A DNA stretch of 64,000 nucleotides from Novosphingobium sp. (GTDB lineage Bacteria; Pseudomonadota; Alphaproteobacteria; Sphingomonadales; Sphingomonadaceae): the NCBI GenBank assembly GCA_046063225.1, contig JBJTLW010000161.1:26809-90808 (forward strand), written 5' to 3'. The notes under the pieces are model-generated. The model was not told where the DNA came from, searched no databases, and saw nothing but the letters and a program-made list of their open reading frames with translations. The number at the start of each line of letters is the position of its first letter. The first letter of the stretch is position 1. A program made the translations under genes and the position numbers. Shown piece by piece: positions 55,127 to 64,000 of the stretch.

Positions 55127-56356
55127 TTAACGAACCGGCTCGGCGGCCAGTTCGGCGATCTTCAGCTTGGCCAGCTGCGCCATGTGCACTTCATCCGGGC
55201 CATCGGCAAAGCGCAGGAAGCGCGCGTTGGTGAAGGCTTCGACCACGGGGAAATCGTCGGACAGGCCGATGGCGCCATGAATCTGGATCGCGCGGTCGGC
55301 CACGGTCTGGCACATGCGCGGGGCGACGATCTTGATCGCGGCGATGAGGTCCTTTGCCACCTTGTTGCCATAACGGTCCATGGCATCCGCGGCCTTCAGC
55401 GTGAGCAGGCGCGCCTGTTCGATCTCGCAGAACGACAGGGCAATGTCCTGCCGGATCGACCCCTGTTCGGACAGCTTGCGACCAAAGGCAACACGGCTTT
55501 CGGCGCGGCGCACCATGTATTCCAGCGCCCGCTGCGCCTGCCCGATCAGACGCATGCAGTGGTGGATGCGACCCGGCCCGAGGCGACCCTGGGCGATTTC
55601 AAACCCGCGCCCTTCGCCCAGAAGCAGGTTTTCTGCAGGCACACGGACATTGTCGAACACGATCTCGCAGTGGCCGCCGGGGCCGTGGAACGTGCCCATC
55701 ACGCCAAGCGGGCGGACCACCTCGATACCCGGCGTGTCGGCCGGAATGATGATCTGCGAATGCTGCTGGTGGCGCCCGCGCTCCTCGTTGGGGGTGCGGC
55801 CGATCAGGATATAGACCTTGGTGTTCGGGTCCATCGCGCCCGAAATCCACCACTTGCGGCCGTTGATCACATAGTCGTCACCATCGCGGATGATGGTCGT
55901 GGCCAGCTGCGTGGCGTCGGACGAGGCAACGCCCGGTTCGGTCATTACATAGGCGGAGCGGATTTCGCCTGCGAGCAGCGGCTTCAGCCAGCGTTCGTGG
56001 TGTTCGCCCGTGCCGTATTTCGCCAGCAGCTCCATGTTGCCGGTATCGGGCGCGGAGCAGTTGAAAAACTCGCTGGCGCCGGTGACGCGGCCCATCTGTT
56101 CGGCCAGGGGAGCGTATTCCAGATTGGTCAGCCCGGGGCTCCATTCGCCGTATTCGTGCGGCAGGAACAGGTTCCAAAGGCCAGCGTCACGCGCCTTCTG
56201 CTTGATCGGTTCGATGCCCGGCCAACGCTGCCACATGGTCGCCGGGTCCTTCTGCCAGTTCTCCTTCTCGTGCTCGATCGGGTAGACATGCTCGTCCATG
56301 AAGGCGATCAGCCGCTCGCGCAGATCCTTCACCTTGGGGCTGAATTCGAAGTCCAT
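55127..56356 (-). CDS. Acyl-CoA dehydrogenase, ACAD10/11-LvaC-like
   Basis: [45 protein letters not shown]. Confidence 0.92.
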   Translation of the reverse strand: MDFEFSPKVKDLRERLIAFMDEHVYPIEHEKENWQKDPATMWQRWPGIEPIKQKARDAGLWNLFLPHEYGEWSPGLTNLEYAPLAEQMGRVTGASEFFNCSAPDTGNMELLAKYGTGEHHERWLKPLLAGEIRSAYVMTEPGVASSDATQLATTIIRDGDDYVINGRKWWISGAMDPNTKVYILIGRTPNEERGRHQQHSQIIIPADTPGIEVVRPLGVMGTFHGPGGHCEIVFDNVRVPAENLLLGEGRGFEIAQGRLGPGRIHHCMRLIGQAQRALEYMVRRAESRVAFGRKLSEQGSIRQDIALSFCEIEQARLLTLKAADAMDRYGNKVAKDLIAAIKIVAPRMCQTVADRAIQIHGAIGLSDDFPVVEAFTNARFLRFADGPDEVHMAQLAKLKIAELAAEPVR

Positions 56357-56379
56357 GGGGTTCCCTTTTCGAAACGGGT

Positions 56380-57111
56380 CTAAAGCAGCAGGCCGCCATC
56401 GACGGTAATCGTCTGGCCGGTGACATAGCCGGAAAGCGGCGAGGCGAGGAACAGGGCAACGCCGGCCATTTCCTCGACCGAGCCGAATCGGCCGAGCGGA
56501 ATTTTCGCCAACGCGCGGCCGCGGCGTTCCTCGCTGTCCATCGTTATCTTGGTCATCTTGGTATCGACCAGGCTGGGGGCGATGCCGTTGACGCGGATGC
56601 CTTCGCCCGCCCAGGCCTTGGCCAGCGCGCGGACAAGATTGACCGCCCCGGCCTTCGACGCGGCATAGGCGGGGTTGGCGATGGTCGCCTGGAACGCGCC
56701 GACCGAGCTGACGACAATGACGCGCCCCTTCGCGGCGGCCAGTGCGGGCTGGAAGCGGGTGGAGATATGCATCACCGAATCAAGGTTCACCGCCATGACC
56801 TTGCTCCAGCCTTCCGGCGTGAATTCCTGCCGCTTGTACAGCACCGCGCCCTGCGAATGCACCAGCACGTCGATCTGGTCGAACGGGGCGGGCGCGGCGG
56901 CGATCGCCTGCGGGCTCGATACGTCGACCTGGGTGTAGCCCATGCCGGCAAGGTCCGAATCCGCGCCGTCATAGTCCGCTGCCGAGGCGCGCGTTCCCCA
57001 GACGTGGACCTTGGCCCCGCGGTCCCGCAGCGCCGCGGCAATGCCGTTGCCGATGCCGCTCGACCCGCCGATGACAAGGGCGTTCTGCCCGGTGAAGTCC
57101 AGTTCGCTCAT
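56380..57111 (-). CDS. SDR family oxidoreductase
   Basis: GGSSGIG, YAASK, VNGIAP. Confidence 0.93.
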   Translation of the reverse strand: MSELDFTGQNALVIGGSSGIGNGIAAALRDRGAKVHVWGTRASAADYDGADSDLAGMGYTQVDVSSPQAIAAAPAPFDQIDVLVHSQGAVLYKRQEFTPEGWSKVMAVNLDSVMHISTRFQPALAAAKGRVIVVSSVGAFQATIANPAYAASKAGAVNLVRALAKAWAGEGIRVNGIAPSLVDTKMTKITMDSEERRGRALAKIPLGRFGSVEEMAGVALFLASPLSGYVTGQTITVDGGLLL

Positions 57112-57115
57112 CGTG

Positions 57116-58144
57116 CTACCTTGTCAGCGCCACGGCCCGTTCGAGCAGGACGAGGGCGCGCTTGTGAAGCTTGTCGCCGGTTTCCTTCGGCGCCTTTCCG
57201 GCGCAGGCGCGGGCGAAGGTGCCTTCCAGAAGGATGCCCAGCTTGTAGCAGGCCATGGCGTGATACCAGTCCACCGCATCCAGGCTGCGCGACGATCCCG
57301 CGCGGTAGCGATCGACCAGTTCGGCGGCGCTGGGAAAGCCGATCCACGGGCTGACCGAAACCGTGCTTTCCCCGTCGCCATCGGGCCAGGTCGCCAGCAC
57401 CCAGCCAAGGTCGATCAGCGGATCGCCGATGGTCGCCAGCTCCCAGTCGATGATCGCGGCAAGGCGCGGGCCATCGTGGCGGAACATGACATTGGCGAGG
57501 TGATAGTCACCGTGCATGATGCCGGGCTGGAATGCGGCGGGGCGGTTGGCTTCGAGCCAGGCGCCCGTCCGCTCGATCCCCGGCAGAGCCCCCGCGCCGG
57601 GCCAGCCGTCAAGCTCGGCATAGGAGGCAAGCTGGGCGGTCCAGCGCGGCACCTGCCGGGCGAGGAAATTGTCCGGCTTGCCGAAATCACCAAGGCCGAC
57701 CGCTTCATGATCGACCTGCCCCAGTGCAACGATGCCGTCGATCAGCGCCAGGCCCATGGCATACTGCATCTCGGCCGATCCGGCGTGCAGCGGCGGCAAC
57801 TGGCCAACCGGGTTGAAGCCGTCCACCGGCTCCATCAGGTAGAAGGCCGCGCCCAGCACGCTTTCATCCCCGCAGGCAGCGATCAGGGCGGGATGCGGCA
57901 CCGGCGTTCCTGCCAGCGCACCCAACACGCGGGCTTCGCGGCGCATCGTCTCGTTCGATCCGGCGCGCAGGTGCAGCGGCGGGCGGCGAAAGACATAGGA
58001 CCGCCCGGCGCGGGTGAAGCGCAGCAGAATGTTCTGGGTGCCGCCGGTCAGCGTCTGGACCGAATCGATCGCACCGGAGCCGAGCCCCTGCCCGTCCATC
58101 CACGCAGCCAGCAATTCCAGATCGACGAGCTCTTGCACCTGCAT
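57116..58144 (-). CDS. APH-family phosphotransferase
   Basis: LTGGTQN, RRPP, HGDYHLAN, DWE, GDPLIDLG. Confidence 0.92.
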   Translation of the reverse strand: MQVQELVDLELLAAWMDGQGLGSGAIDSVQTLTGGTQNILLRFTRAGRSYVFRRPPLHLRAGSNETMRREARVLGALAGTPVPHPALIAACGDESVLGAAFYLMEPVDGFNPVGQLPPLHAGSAEMQYAMGLALIDGIVALGQVDHEAVGLGDFGKPDNFLARQVPRWTAQLASYAELDGWPGAGALPGIERTGAWLEANRPAAFQPGIMHGDYHLANVMFRHDGPRLAAIIDWELATIGDPLIDLGWVLATWPDGDGESTVSVSPWIGFPSAAELVDRYRAGSSRSLDAVDWYHAMACYKLGILLEGTFARACAGKAPKETGDKLHKRALVLLERAVALTR

Positions 58145-58233
58145 CCTCTGACTGTGGCGGTGCATATCGGTGCGATTGCCCGCGTCGTTGGTTCGCCCGC
58201 GATAATGCACTTGACGCCGGTGCCGCGCAATGA

Positions 58234-58257
58234 AATTTTGCACTTGATAGCAAAATT
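58234..58257. promoter_or_regulatory. Palindromic operator in a divergent promoter
   Basis: AATTTTGC-N8-GCAAAATT; ATTTTGCACTTGA recurs inverted at 59778-59790. Confidence 0.6.
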
Positions 58258-58322
58258 GCACAGACTATGGCCTGGCGGCCTGCACCGCCGCGAGGCTTTG
58301 CTGACCGGAGACGAGAACGACC

Positions 58323-59495
58323 ATGGCCGAAGCCTATATTGCAGCCCTTTCCCGCAGCGCCGGTGGCAAGCGTGGAGGCCGTCTGGCCGGGGTCCATCCC
58401 GCCGATCTGGCCGGCAAGGTGTTGAGCGGCCTTGTCGCGAAAGCGGGTATCGATCCGGCTGCCATCGGCGATGTCATCATGGGCTGCGCCTGCCCGGGCG
58501 GCGAGCAGGGCGCGAACATTGCCCGCAACGCCGTGCTGGCGGCCGGCCTGCCCGAATCGGTGCCGGCCACCCATGTCGACCGGCAGTGCGGATCGTCGCA
58601 GCAGGCGCTCCATTTTGCCGCGGCCACGGTGATGTCGGGCGTGATGGACGTGGTCGTCGCCGCCGGCGTCGAAAGCATGACCCGCGTGCCGATGGGCCTG
58701 CCCTGGACGCTGGCCGCGCAGCACGGCTACGGCACCTATCGCAGCCCGGGGATCGAAGCGCGCTATCCCGGCACGCCGTTCAGCCAGTTTGGCGGGGCGG
58801 AGCTGATGGCGCAGAAGTATGATCTCAGCCGCGAGACGCTCGATCTCTATGCCCTCGAAAGCCACCGCCGCGCGGCCGAGGCGACGCGTGCCGGCAAGTT
58901 CGCCGATGAGATCGTCGGCATCGAGGTGACGACGCCCGAGGGCGAAACCATGCTCCATGTGGCGGACGAGGGCATTCGCTTCGATGCCAGCCTGGAAAAG
59001 ATGGCGAGCATGAAGACGCTGAGCGAAGGCGGCGTCATTACCGCCGCCAATGCCAGCCAGATCTGCGACGGTGCGGCGGCGCTGCTGGTGGTCAACGAAC
59101 GCGGGCTGAAGGCGCTGGGCCTGACCCCGCTGGCCCGCGTGCACGAGATGACGGTGATCGGCCACGATCCGGTAATCATGCTCGAAGCGCCGATCCCGGC
59201 CACCCGGCTTTCGCTCGAACGGGCAGGGCTGACGCTCGGCGATATCGACCTGTACGAAGTCAACGAAGCCTTCGCATCCGTTCCGCTGGCGTGGATGAAG
59301 GCGCTTGATGCCGATCCGGCGCGGCTCAATGTCCACGGCGGCGCCATCGCACTCGGCCATCCGCTTGGCGGATCGGGCGCGAAGCTGATGGCTACGCTGG
59401 TGAGCGCGCTGCGCCAGACGGGCGGGCGCTATGGCCTGCAAACCATGTGCGAGGCCGGCGGCATGGCCAATGTCACCATTGTCGAACGGCTCTAG
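58323..59495 (+). CDS. Acetyl-CoA C-acyltransferase (thiolase)
   Basis: RQCGSS, NEAF, GHPLG, TMCEAGG. Confidence 0.95.
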   Translation: MAEAYIAALSRSAGGKRGGRLAGVHPADLAGKVLSGLVAKAGIDPAAIGDVIMGCACPGGEQGANIARNAVLAAGLPESVPATHVDRQCGSSQQALHFAAATVMSGVMDVVVAAGVESMTRVPMGLPWTLAAQHGYGTYRSPGIEARYPGTPFSQFGGAELMAQKYDLSRETLDLYALESHRRAAEATRAGKFADEIVGIEVTTPEGETMLHVADEGIRFDASLEKMASMKTLSEGGVITAANASQICDGAAALLVVNERGLKALGLTPLARVHEMTVIGHDPVIMLEAPIPATRLSLERAGLTLGDIDLYEVNEAFASVPLAWMKALDADPARLNVHGGAIALGHPLGGSGAKLMATLVSALRQTGGRYGLQTMCEAGGMANVTIVERL

Positions 59496-59528
59496 GGCGC
59501 ATCGTCGGCGGGGCTGAACCGCCCCCGT

Positions 59529-59729
59529 TCAACCTTCGATTTCGAGCGCCCGTTCCGGACAGGCACGCGCCGCGCGGCGCGCCCTTTGCGCGTCGTCGCC
59601 ACTGGCCACGACATCGCCTGGGACGATGAAGCCTTCGTCATCAAGGTCGAACAGGTCGGGCGCCAGCGCCCAGCAACGGGCGTGTCCCTGGCACTTTTCG
59701 CGGTGAACGATGATTCTTACGCTTTCCAT
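59529..59729 (-). CDS. Small ferredoxin (3Fe-4S type)
   Basis: CQGHARC...CPERA. Confidence 0.85.
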   Translation of the reverse strand: MESVRIIVHREKCQGHARCWALAPDLFDLDDEGFIVPGDVVASGDDAQRARRAARACPERALEIEG

Positions 59730-59777
59730 GCCGCCTTGCATAATTGCCTCTCCTGTTGCGTCCAGCGAAAAATAACC

Positions 59778-59790
59778 TCAAGTGCAAAAT
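59778..59790. promoter_or_regulatory. Second copy of the operator half-site
   Basis: TCAAGTGCAAAAT is the reverse complement of 58235-58247. Confidence 0.5.
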
Positions 59791-59876
59791 ATGGCTGGCA
59801 AGGCCTATCGGATTGTCCTAATGTCGATTCCGAAAGGGCGAGGATCGAGGCGTCGGGAGGCAGCGCGAAAGGCAAT

Positions 59877-61043
59877 ATGGACGACCGGGATTTCAGGCTT
59901 GAAGCACGCGCATGGCTGACGGAAAACTTTCCGCCGGCCCTGAAGGGCGTGAACGGGCTGATCTTCCAGGGCGATGCCCATGCTGCCGCCGCCAACCCCG
60001 ATTTCCAGCTTTGGCGGCAGCGCATGGCCGACAAGGGCTGGGGCGTCCCGACCTGGCCCGCGCGCTTTGGTGGGGCCGACCTGTCCGAGGCGCAGGGCAA
60101 GATCATTGGCGAGGAACTGGCCGCGCTTGGCGGGTTCAACCCGATCCGCAGCTTTGCCACGATGATGCTGGGGCCGACGCTGCTCGAATTCGGCACCGAA
60201 GAGCAGAAGGCGCTGCACCTGCCGCCGATCGCCCGGCACGATCTGCGCTGGTGCCAGGGCTTTTCCGAGCCCGGCGCCGGTTCCGATCTTGCCTCGCTGA
60301 AGACCAAATGCGTCGACATGGGCGATCACTGGCTCGTCACCGGGCAGAAGATCTGGACCTCGGGCGCCGATCAGGCCGATTGGTGCTTTGCCCTCGTCCG
60401 CACCGATACCAGCGTGAAGCAGGGCGGCATCAGCTTCCTGCTGATCGATATGAAAAGCGAAGGCGTGGAACCCCGCCCCATCGTGCTCATTTCCGGCTCC
60501 ACCCACTTCTGCGAAGTGTTCTTCAACGATGTCAAAGTGCCCAAGGGCAACATGGTGGGGGCGATCAACCAGGGTTGGGGCGTGGCCAAGCGCCTGCTGC
60601 AGCACGAACGCAGCAACATCTCCACCGTCCGGTCCGACATGGGATCGCTGGCGCCGACGGGGCATCGCTATGCCGGCACCGACAGCCAGGGCCGCATCGC
60701 TGATGCCGACCTGCGCGGCCGCATGGTGAAGAATGCCATGCGGCAGGACGCCTATGCCCGCATGCTGGTCCACTTCGCCGAAGAGGCGAGCAACGGCGGG
60801 CCAAGCAACCGCGTTTCGGTGTCGAAGAACCTGTGGTCCACGATTGCGCAGGACCGCGCCGAACTGGCGATCGAGGCCATGGGCTATGACGGCCTGGCCT
60901 GGAGCGACACCGGCTATCGCGCCGACGAGGCGGAGGCGATGCGCGCCTTCCTTCATGCGCGTGCCTTTTCGATTTATGGTGGCAGCTACGAAGTGCAGGC
61001 CAACATCACGGCCAAGCGCTCGCTTGGCTTGCCGGACAGCTGA
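59877..61043 (+). CDS. Acyl-CoA dehydrogenase (first of a tandem pair)
   Basis: WCQGFSEPGAGSDLA, GQKIWTS, IYGGSYEV. Confidence 0.93.
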   Translation: MDDRDFRLEARAWLTENFPPALKGVNGLIFQGDAHAAAANPDFQLWRQRMADKGWGVPTWPARFGGADLSEAQGKIIGEELAALGGFNPIRSFATMMLGPTLLEFGTEEQKALHLPPIARHDLRWCQGFSEPGAGSDLASLKTKCVDMGDHWLVTGQKIWTSGADQADWCFALVRTDTSVKQGGISFLLIDMKSEGVEPRPIVLISGSTHFCEVFFNDVKVPKGNMVGAINQGWGVAKRLLQHERSNISTVRSDMGSLAPTGHRYAGTDSQGRIADADLRGRMVKNAMRQDAYARMLVHFAEEASNGGPSNRVSVSKNLWSTIAQDRAELAIEAMGYDGLAWSDTGYRADEAEAMRAFLHARAFSIYGGSYEVQANITAKRSLGLPDS

Positions 61044-61058
61044 GCGAAGGGTGGGCGC

Positions 61059-62213
61059 GTGGCGGTACTGACCGAAGAACAGGTCATGCTGAAAGACATG
61101 GCGGCGGACTGGGTGCGGGACCGCATGCCGGTTACGGAAACGCGCGCGCTCTATGATCACGGTGGTGGCGGCAAGCGCAACGGATCGGCCAGCTGGCACG
61201 AACACCACTACGGCGAGATGGCGGCAATGGGCTGGACCGGGATCGTCGTTCCGGAAAGCCATGGCGGGCTGCAATTCGGCTATCGCTCGATGGGGCTCGT
61301 GCTGGAACAGTGCGGCCGCACGCTGGCGGCGACCCCGCTGCACAGCTCGGCGCTGGTCGCCGCCTCTGCCCTCGCGCTCGGCGGCAGTGAAGCGCAGCAG
61401 GCGCGCTGGCTCCCCGCGATTGCCGACGGTTCGCTGATCGCCACGCTGGCGAGCGAGGAAGGCCCGCGCCACGATCCCCTTGGCCAGGCCACGACCGCGC
61501 GGCGCGAGGGCGAAGGCTGGGTCATCGATGGCACCAAGCGCCCGGTCGCCGATGGCATGGAAGCCGGACTTTTCATCGTCTCCGCCCGCACATCGGGCAG
61601 CATCGGCAGCGCCGAGGGCATCAGCCTGTTTCTCGTCCCCGCGGACAGCGCGGGCCTGAGCCGGACAGCGCTCGACCAGGTCGACGCGCGCCGCCCCTGC
61701 GAACTGACACTCGCCGGAGTGCAACTGCCCGCCGATGCCTTGCTCGGCCCGGTCGATGGCGGTGCGCCGCTGCTCGAACAGGTGCTCGACCGCGCCCGCG
61801 CCGGGCTTGCCGCCGAGCTGCTGGGGCTGGCCGAACAGGCGTTTGAAACCACCGTCGATTACATGAAAACCCGCGTCCAGTTCGATCGTCCGATCGGATC
61901 GTTCCAGGCGCTGCAGCACCGCGTGGCGGATCTTTTCGGCGAAATCCAGCTGGCCCGCGCCGCGGTGGAAGACGCGCTTGACGCCATCGATACCGGCTCC
62001 GCCCAGGTGCCGGCGCTGGCGTCCCTTGCCAAGGCGCTGGCGGGCGACTGCGCCGTGCTGATCGCCAAGCAGATGGTGCAATTGCACGGCGGCATCGGCA
62101 TGACTCACGAACACGATGCCGGGCTTTACCTGAAACGCGCACTGACCGCGTCGCAATACTATGGCAACCCGGCGTTCCATCGCGACCGCTGGGGCCGCCT
62201 CAACGGCTTCTGA
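61059..62213 (+). CDS. Acyl-CoA dehydrogenase (partner subunit)
   Basis: RVQFDRPIGSFQALQHR, QLHGGIGMTHE. Confidence 0.92.
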   Translation: MAVLTEEQVMLKDMAADWVRDRMPVTETRALYDHGGGGKRNGSASWHEHHYGEMAAMGWTGIVVPESHGGLQFGYRSMGLVLEQCGRTLAATPLHSSALVAASALALGGSEAQQARWLPAIADGSLIATLASEEGPRHDPLGQATTARREGEGWVIDGTKRPVADGMEAGLFIVSARTSGSIGSAEGISLFLVPADSAGLSRTALDQVDARRPCELTLAGVQLPADALLGPVDGGAPLLEQVLDRARAGLAAELLGLAEQAFETTVDYMKTRVQFDRPIGSFQALQHRVADLFGEIQLARAAVEDALDAIDTGSAQVPALASLAKALAGDCAVLIAKQMVQLHGGIGMTHEHDAGLYLKRALTASQYYGNPAFHRDRWGRLNGF

Positions 62214-62217
62214 TCCG

Positions 62218-63234
62218 ATGACTCCTTCGCGTGAAGTGCAGCTGAAGCGCCGCCCGGTCGGCAGCCCGGTGGACGCCGATTTTGCGGTGGTCAGCACCTC
62301 CGTACCGCCGCCCGGCCCCGGCGAGGTGCAGGTGCGCAACCTCTACATGGCGGTCGATCCGGCAATGCGCGGGCGGATGAGCGACGCGAAAAGCTATATC
62401 CCGCCCTTCGCGCTCGACGCTGCGATGGAAGGCCCGGCGATTGGCGAGGTGCTGGCCTCCAACGATCCCGGTTTCGCGCCCGGCGACCTCGTGTTTTCAC
62501 GTCTTGGCTGGCGCGAAGTGTTCAACGCCCCGGCATCGGCGCTGCAACAGCGAGACAGGGGCAGCCTGCCGCCGTCGGCCTATCTCGGCTTCGCCGGGTC
62601 CACGGGGCTGACCGCCTATGCCGGCCTTCTGCGCATTGCCCAGGTGAAGGAGGGCGACGTCGTTTTTGTCTCGGCCGCATCGGGCGCGGTGGGATCGATC
62701 GCCTGCCAGATCGCCCGGATCAAGGGCGCCCGCGTCATCGGTTCGGCCGGGGGGGCGCGCAAGAAGGCGTTCCTGCTCGACGAGCTCGGCCTGGATGCCG
62801 CGATCGATTACAAGGCCGAGGACAACCTGACCAAGGCTTTGGCCCGCGAAGTCAAGGCGATCGGCGCCACGGGCATCGACGTGAACTTCGAAAACGTCGG
62901 CGGCGATCACCTGCAGGCGGCGATTGCGCTCGCCAACCCGCACGCCCGCATGGCGATCTGCGGCATGATTTCGCAGTACAACGTCACCGATGCGCCCACC
63001 GTGCCGCGCAACCTGACCATGATCATGACCAAGAGCCTGCGGCTTGAAGGCTATATCGTGCTGCATCACATGGACCTTGAACCGCAGTTCCTTGCCGACA
63101 TGACAGCCTGGCACGCAGCGGGATTGATCCGGCAGAGCGAAACCGTGCATGATGGCATCGACAACGCGCTGGCCGCCTTCAACGGGCTTTTCAGCGGCGC
63201 CAACCTTGGCCGCACGCTGGTGAAGCTGGCCTGA
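62218..63234 (+). CDS. NADP-dependent oxidoreductase (MDR, alkenal/PGR-like)
   Basis: VDPAMRG, GLTAYAGL, SAASGAVGS, ENVGG, CGMISQYN. Confidence 0.93.
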   Translation: MTPSREVQLKRRPVGSPVDADFAVVSTSVPPPGPGEVQVRNLYMAVDPAMRGRMSDAKSYIPPFALDAAMEGPAIGEVLASNDPGFAPGDLVFSRLGWREVFNAPASALQQRDRGSLPPSAYLGFAGSTGLTAYAGLLRIAQVKEGDVVFVSAASGAVGSIACQIARIKGARVIGSAGGARKKAFLLDELGLDAAIDYKAEDNLTKALAREVKAIGATGIDVNFENVGGDHLQAAIALANPHARMAICGMISQYNVTDAPTVPRNLTMIMTKSLRLEGYIVLHHMDLEPQFLADMTAWHAAGLIRQSETVHDGIDNALAAFNGLFSGANLGRTLVKLA

Positions 63235-63250
63235 TCGGACGGACCTGACG

Positions 63251-64000
63251 ATGACTGCCGCAGCCTCTGGCCCTGCCTCCGCCCCCCGCGCCCTTGACGG
63301 CATCAAGGTGCTTGATCTTTCGCGGGTTCTGGCCGGCCCCTGGTCCACCCAGATCCTGGCCGATTTCGGCGCCGAGGTGCTGAAGGTGGAACTGCCCGGC
63401 AAGGGCGACGATACCCGCGGCTGGGGTCCGCCGTTCCTGTCCCTGCCCGACGGGTCGGACGATCCGCAGGAAAGCGCCTATTACCTCTGCGCCAACCGCA
63501 ACAAGCGCTCCGCCGCGATCAACCTTGCCGATCCGGCGGGCGCGGCGCTGATCCGCCGCCTTGCCGCCGAAGCCGACATTCTCGTCGAAAACTTCAAGGT
63601 CGGTGGGCTGAAGAAATACGGCCTTGATTACGAATCGATCCGGGCGATCAACCCGGCCATCGTCTATTGCTCGATCACCGGCTTCGGCCAGAACGGCCCT
63701 TACAAGGATCGTGGCGGCTACGATTTCGTCGCGCAGGGCATGGGCGGGTTCATGTCGATCACCGGCGAGGAACACGGCGGCCCGCTGCGCGCCGGGGTGG
63801 CCATGGCGGACCTTTCGACCGGCATGTATGCCACGGTGTCGATCCTGATGGCCCTGCGCCATGCCGAACGCACCGGCGAGGGTCAGCAGATCGACGTGTC
63901 GCTGCTCGATACGCAGATCGCCATGCTCGCCAACCAGGGATCGAACTGGCTGGTGGGCGGCGTCACGCCCGGACGGCTCGGCAACCGCCACCCCACCGTG
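63251..64000 (+). CDS. CaiB/BaiF class III CoA-transferase (runs off the window)
   Basis: LDGIKVLDLSRVLAGP, DFGAEVLKVE, NRNKRS, ENFKVG, SITGFGQ. Confidence 0.93.
   Translation, partial: MTAAASGPASAPRALDGIKVLDLSRVLAGPWSTQILADFGAEVLKVELPGKGDDTRGWGPPFLSLPDGSDDPQESAYYLCANRNKRSAAINLADPAGAALIRRLAAEADILVENFKVGGLKKYGLDYESIRAINPAIVYCSITGFGQNGPYKDRGGYDFVAQGMGGFMSITGEEHGGPLRAGVAMADLSTGMYATVSILMALRHAERTGEGQQIDVSLLDTQIAMLANQGSNWLVGGVTPGRLGNRHPTV

Noticed and set aside
51393-62339. Long ORFs of 604, 730, 603, 525 and 844 aa opposite the acyl-CoA genes
   Set aside because: Antisense to well-supported genes; composition typical of shadow frames

Overview
High-GC alphaproteobacterial chromosome segment; gene content suggests a sphingomonad such as Novosphingobium (inference). 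From left to right: (1) a bphO-bphP (HWE-kinase/REC bacteriophytochrome) pair divergent from a Crp/Fnr gene that has an EcfG-type promoter; (2) a translationally coupled ABC exporter + PhcB-like methyltransferase + acyl-CoA desaturase operon, divergent from a membrane-anchored wHTH-TPR regulator and a small Cys-containing lipoprotein, a candidate lipid-signal system; (3) small housekeeping genes and an ABC-F; (4) a TetR-controlled quinate/shikimate uptake and catabolism cluster with secreted hydrolases and a Nif3-like pair; (5) an IS6 element truncating an hsdM remnant, then CitMHS-AtuA-LysR, a TonB receptor and secreted esterases, ending at tRNA-Ser(GGA) with a degenerate att-like copy (decayed island); (6) core genes, including a DUF559 endonuclease gene sandwiched between two ~140-bp nested-palindromic repeats, spoT, a secreted TPR-CHAT protease and a 270-bp MITE; (7) a large acyl-CoA/beta-oxidation cluster with an Lva/ACAD10-11-like kinase-ACAD module. 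All calls come from motif recognition by eye; no database searches were run.
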